A stretch of DNA of 36,657 nucleotides, from the IMG/VR virus record IMGVR_UViG_3300037044_000037, positions 1 to 36,657 of that record, one strand, 5' to 3'. The number at the start of each line of letters is the position of its first letter. Positions within the stretch are counted from its first letter, which is position 1. Of this stretch, positions 34,144 through 36,657 are shown in pieces. The stretch comes from a virus. Its lineage: Duplodnaviria > Caudoviricetes. Both the position numbers and the translations under genes were made by a program. The notes under the pieces are model-generated. The model saw only the letters and a program-made list of their open reading frames with translations. It ran no database searches and had not been told where the DNA came from.

Positions 34144-34491
34144 ATGTCAGATCAACAAGTAGTAGAGAAACCCAAAAAAACAAATGTTTGGCCGATCATA
34201 ATTATTGTAGCTATAGTCCTTGTATTTGTTTTGCTGTTTGGATTTATTACAATCCAACCGATCGGTGCCATACCAGATGGTGTAACTCTTTTGGTGTTTA
34301 GAGCTGGAACCCAAATGAAGTTTTTTGATTCTCCTGATGCAATGTGCTTGCGAATGATGGACGGTGTTTCATTGTTGTGTCGAATGTCTGCAATGGCAGC
34401 CGTCGCTGAGAATTCAAATATTATTTTACGATTGCCTTACATTGAAGCCTTTTACCTGGCATCAACAAATGGATCAACTTTTGATAGGTAA
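34144..34491 (+). CDS. Membrane-anchored hypothetical protein
   Basis: N-terminal TM; GGAG RBS. Confidence 0.75.
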   Translation: MSDQQVVEKPKKTNVWPIIIIVAIVLVFVLLFGFITIQPIGAIPDGVTLLVFRAGTQMKFFDSPDAMCLRMMDGVSLLCRMSAMAAVAENSNIILRLPYIEAFYLASTNGSTFDR

Positions 34492-34530
34492 TTAGTACGG
34501 TTTATAAAACATCATCACTGAAAGTTAAAT

Positions 34531-34656
34531 ATGTCTAGAATGAAAAAACCTCGAGTACCAAATCAGTTTGATCTTATATGGATGACATTTGGTCCAGTGA
34601 TTATTCTCTTTGGCTTTGTGGCATTTCTGATTATTTATACTTTTTTGCTAAACTAA
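34531..34656 (+). CDS. 41-aa single-TM peptide (not in ORF track)
   Basis: MSRMKKPRVPNQFDLIWMTFGPVIILFGFVAFLIIYTFLLN; stop adjoins the next start. Confidence 0.5.
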   Translation: MSRMKKPRVPNQFDLIWMTFGPVIILFGFVAFLIIYTFLLN

Positions 34657-34657
34657 A

Positions 34658-34966
34658 ATGACAAGCCATACCTTACCAAGTCAATTTGAACCACCGATGA
34701 CCAACCACGAATACTTCTGGCACGAGATCATCGAAGTGACTTATAAAGATGATCCGTGCCGGCTTGATTCTGCGGTTGTCACCACCCACAATAACGATAA
34801 CGGCCTCACCAGAGACTGGCTATATGCTCGCAAAATGCTGATCGACCGCATCAAATCCGGTGACCGCTTCATGATGGGTGATCAAAAGCTAACCCTGGTC
34901 ACCGTTGCCGACCAGCCCTACATCCGCACTGATAACGAACAAATTGCATCCGATCATGTCAGATAA
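34658..34966 (+). CDS. Hypothetical protein (DUF3892-like)
   Basis: LIDRIKSGDRF...PYIRTD pattern; overlaps the integrase start. Confidence 0.55.
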   Translation: MTSHTLPSQFEPPMTNHEYFWHEIIEVTYKDDPCRLDSAVVTTHNNDNGLTRDWLYARKMLIDRIKSGDRFMMGDQKLTLVTVADQPYIRTDNEQIASDHVR

Positions 34967-36521
34967 ATCACCATTCCCGCCAGGTGCTTCAATCGTCGCC
35001 TACCTTCGAGATTCGGGGGGCGACGATCAAGACCTGTCAACAGCCCAGCAGCAAGAGAAGATTGAAGCCTGGTGCGCTGAAAACAACGTCATTCTTACAC
35101 AGATCTACACCGATGCCGCACGCCCCGGCTCCTCAGTTGATGCCCGCGACTCCTTTTTGGATATGATCGACCATTTCAGAGATCCAAACTGCAGAGACAA
35201 GGGCATGATACTCTGGACCCTCTCCCGCTTTGCCAGAAATCAAGACGATGCCCAATTCTACAAAGCTGATCTCCGCCGGCGTGGCTACATCATCCACTCC
35301 ATGAATGACAACATCCCCAACACCACAGATGGCAAGGTGTTTGAGGCCATGATCGACTGGATGAACGCCAAATACCTTGAGGACCTGTCAAGAGACATCA
35401 AGCGCGGCCTGCAGCACAACCTCAAAGAGTTCGGTGCCATCTCTGGCCGTCCGCCGGTCGGGTTCATGCTCAAAGAGAAGGTTATCGGCATCCGGCGTGA
35501 TGGATCTCCGCATAAAGTATCCTGCTGGGTTCCAAATCCTGATCTTGTGCCCTTAGTGATCAGTGCATTCAAAATGCGGTCTGACGGCTATGGCATTCAG
35601 CAGATCCACGACAAGCTGAACTTATATAAAAGTAGAAGCTGCTATTCGACCTTTTTCAGAAACAGGCTGTATATTGGTGAGCTCATCTTTGGCAGCACAG
35701 TGGTCAAAGACTACTGCGAACCCATCATTCCGATCAACATCTGGAACAAAGTCCAGGAACTCAACTACCAAAACAGACCAGAGACACGCAAGATCGGCAG
35801 GCGTAAATCCCAGGACCATCCCAAACGAGCATCGAGCGAATTCCTGCTCAGCGGCCTGCTTTACTGTCAAAAATGCGGCAGTATCATGAATGGCCATGTC
35901 GTCCACTTTGGCGGTAAAAAGCGCAATGATTATTACGTCTGCACAGGCAAAAAAGCCAGAATGGAGTGCGACGCGCTCAGCCTGCCCAAAAAATACATTG
36001 AAGATATCGTCATCCAGAAATTGACCGAATACATTCAGGATCCTGAAATCCTGGTCAACCGTGAACAAGACAGAGCTTTGCTGTCAGCGTCAAAATCTGC
36101 TGAGCTGAAAGCGTCCATCAAGCTTAAGCAAAAAGAACTTCACGACAACCGGCGCCGTCTCAATAACCTGGTGGATAAAATTGCAGAAGAACCCAACGCC
36201 CCTGCATCCATCCTCGAAAGGATAAGGCTGCTAGAATCAGAGGTTCACCGGCTTGAACACGAGATCGATCTACTTGAAAGCCAGGCCACCAGCACACAGA
36301 TCCACATGCGCACCCCTGCAGAGGTCAAAGAACTGTCAGATAAACTGCTCGATCTTCTTACCTCAGAAGACATGGCAGAAAAACACGCCATCCTCAAAAT
36401 CTTTATCTACAGAGTAACAGCCGAAAGAGTTGACGACAGAATCATCGGGCAGGCATTTTTCAGGGATGAACTCATCCAGGAGGACGCTCCGCCAGGTATA
36501 AAAAAACTTATGCCTATATGA
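34956..36521 (+). CDS. Large serine recombinase (integrase)
   Basis: YLRDS catalytic Ser, SRFARN, recombinase domain, LLSGLLYCQKCG zinc ribbon and coiled coil; start re-called at ATG 34956. Confidence 0.96.
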   Translation: MSDKSPFPPGASIVAYLRDSGGDDQDLSTAQQQEKIEAWCAENNVILTQIYTDAARPGSSVDARDSFLDMIDHFRDPNCRDKGMILWTLSRFARNQDDAQFYKADLRRRGYIIHSMNDNIPNTTDGKVFEAMIDWMNAKYLEDLSRDIKRGLQHNLKEFGAISGRPPVGFMLKEKVIGIRRDGSPHKVSCWVPNPDLVPLVISAFKMRSDGYGIQQIHDKLNLYKSRSCYSTFFRNRLYIGELIFGSTVVKDYCEPIIPINIWNKVQELNYQNRPETRKIGRRKSQDHPKRASSEFLLSGLLYCQKCGSIMNGHVVHFGGKKRNDYYVCTGKKARMECDALSLPKKYIEDIVIQKLTEYIQDPEILVNREQDRALLSASKSAELKASIKLKQKELHDNRRRLNNLVDKIAEEPNAPASILERIRLLESEVHRLEHEIDLLESQATSTQIHMRTPAEVKELSDKLLDLLTSEDMAEKHAILKIFIYRVTAERVDDRIIGQAFFRDELIQEDAPPGIKKLMPI

Positions 36522-36556
36522 GCAACCTCCCCGGGGACACCTCATATAGGCATAAG
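36507..36556. other. attP candidate of the serine integrase
   Basis: Perfect 16-bp inverted arms CTTATGCCTATATGAG/CTCATATAGGCATAAG around an 18-bp spacer; 50 bp in total; central CC at 36531-36532. Confidence 0.85.
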
Positions 36557-36657
36557 ATCGTATCCCTCCCCATCGATTACAACATCCATAAATAAAAAGA
36601 ATCCCCGGATTTCTCAGGAGAATACTCCATACCGGGGATTGATCTAACAGCACCAAG
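36531..36657 (+). repeat. Terminal direct repeat, copy 2
   Basis: Identical to 1-127. Confidence 0.95.

Larger units (their letters stand above)
1..36657. mobile_element. Complete temperate siphovirus-like phage genome, circular form
   Basis: Full set of packaging, head, tail, lysis, replication, immunity and integrase modules; exact 127-bp terminal overlap; no host housekeeping context. Confidence 0.95.

Overview
The window is essentially one complete temperate tailed-phage genome (siphovirus-type, 36,530 bp unique) in its circular form. Bases 1-127 repeat exactly at 36531-36657, which is probably an assembly overlap. The join falls on the central dinucleotide of a 50-bp inverted-repeat attP candidate directly after a large serine integrase. 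Nearly all genes are on the minus strand. The early operon starts at a perfect TTGACA-17-TATAAT promoter and includes a Cro-like protein, a tRNA-like RNA, a replication initiator with internal iterons, a beta sliding clamp, ParA, an RHH adaptor with GGTACC repeats, ParB, a multi-HTH protein, a minimal PolX and a LuxR-type regulator. The late operon starts at twin promoters and runs: holin-like genes, HNH, terminase, a Maf/DUF115-like glycosyltransferase, HK97-type portal and protease, scaffold, P22-like coat, neck, tail with a -1 frameshifted chaperone, GH25 endolysin, and a frameshift-split metallophosphoesterase. The plus strand carries two HTH repressors, membrane/lipoprotein cargo and the integrase. 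The host is possibly Chloroflexota (Anaerolineae-like), a weak inference from protein style only. The most interesting points are: (1) integrase and a plasmid-type partition cassette in one phage; (2) a PolX with a clamp-binding motif alongside a phage-encoded clamp; (3) a tRNA-like RNA and several hairpins/leaders showing anti-Shine-Dalgarno sequence; (4) twin late promoters flanking a short terminated RNA; (5) a C7-tract frameshift in the phosphoesterase. All protein calls come from motif recognition by eye; no database searches were run.
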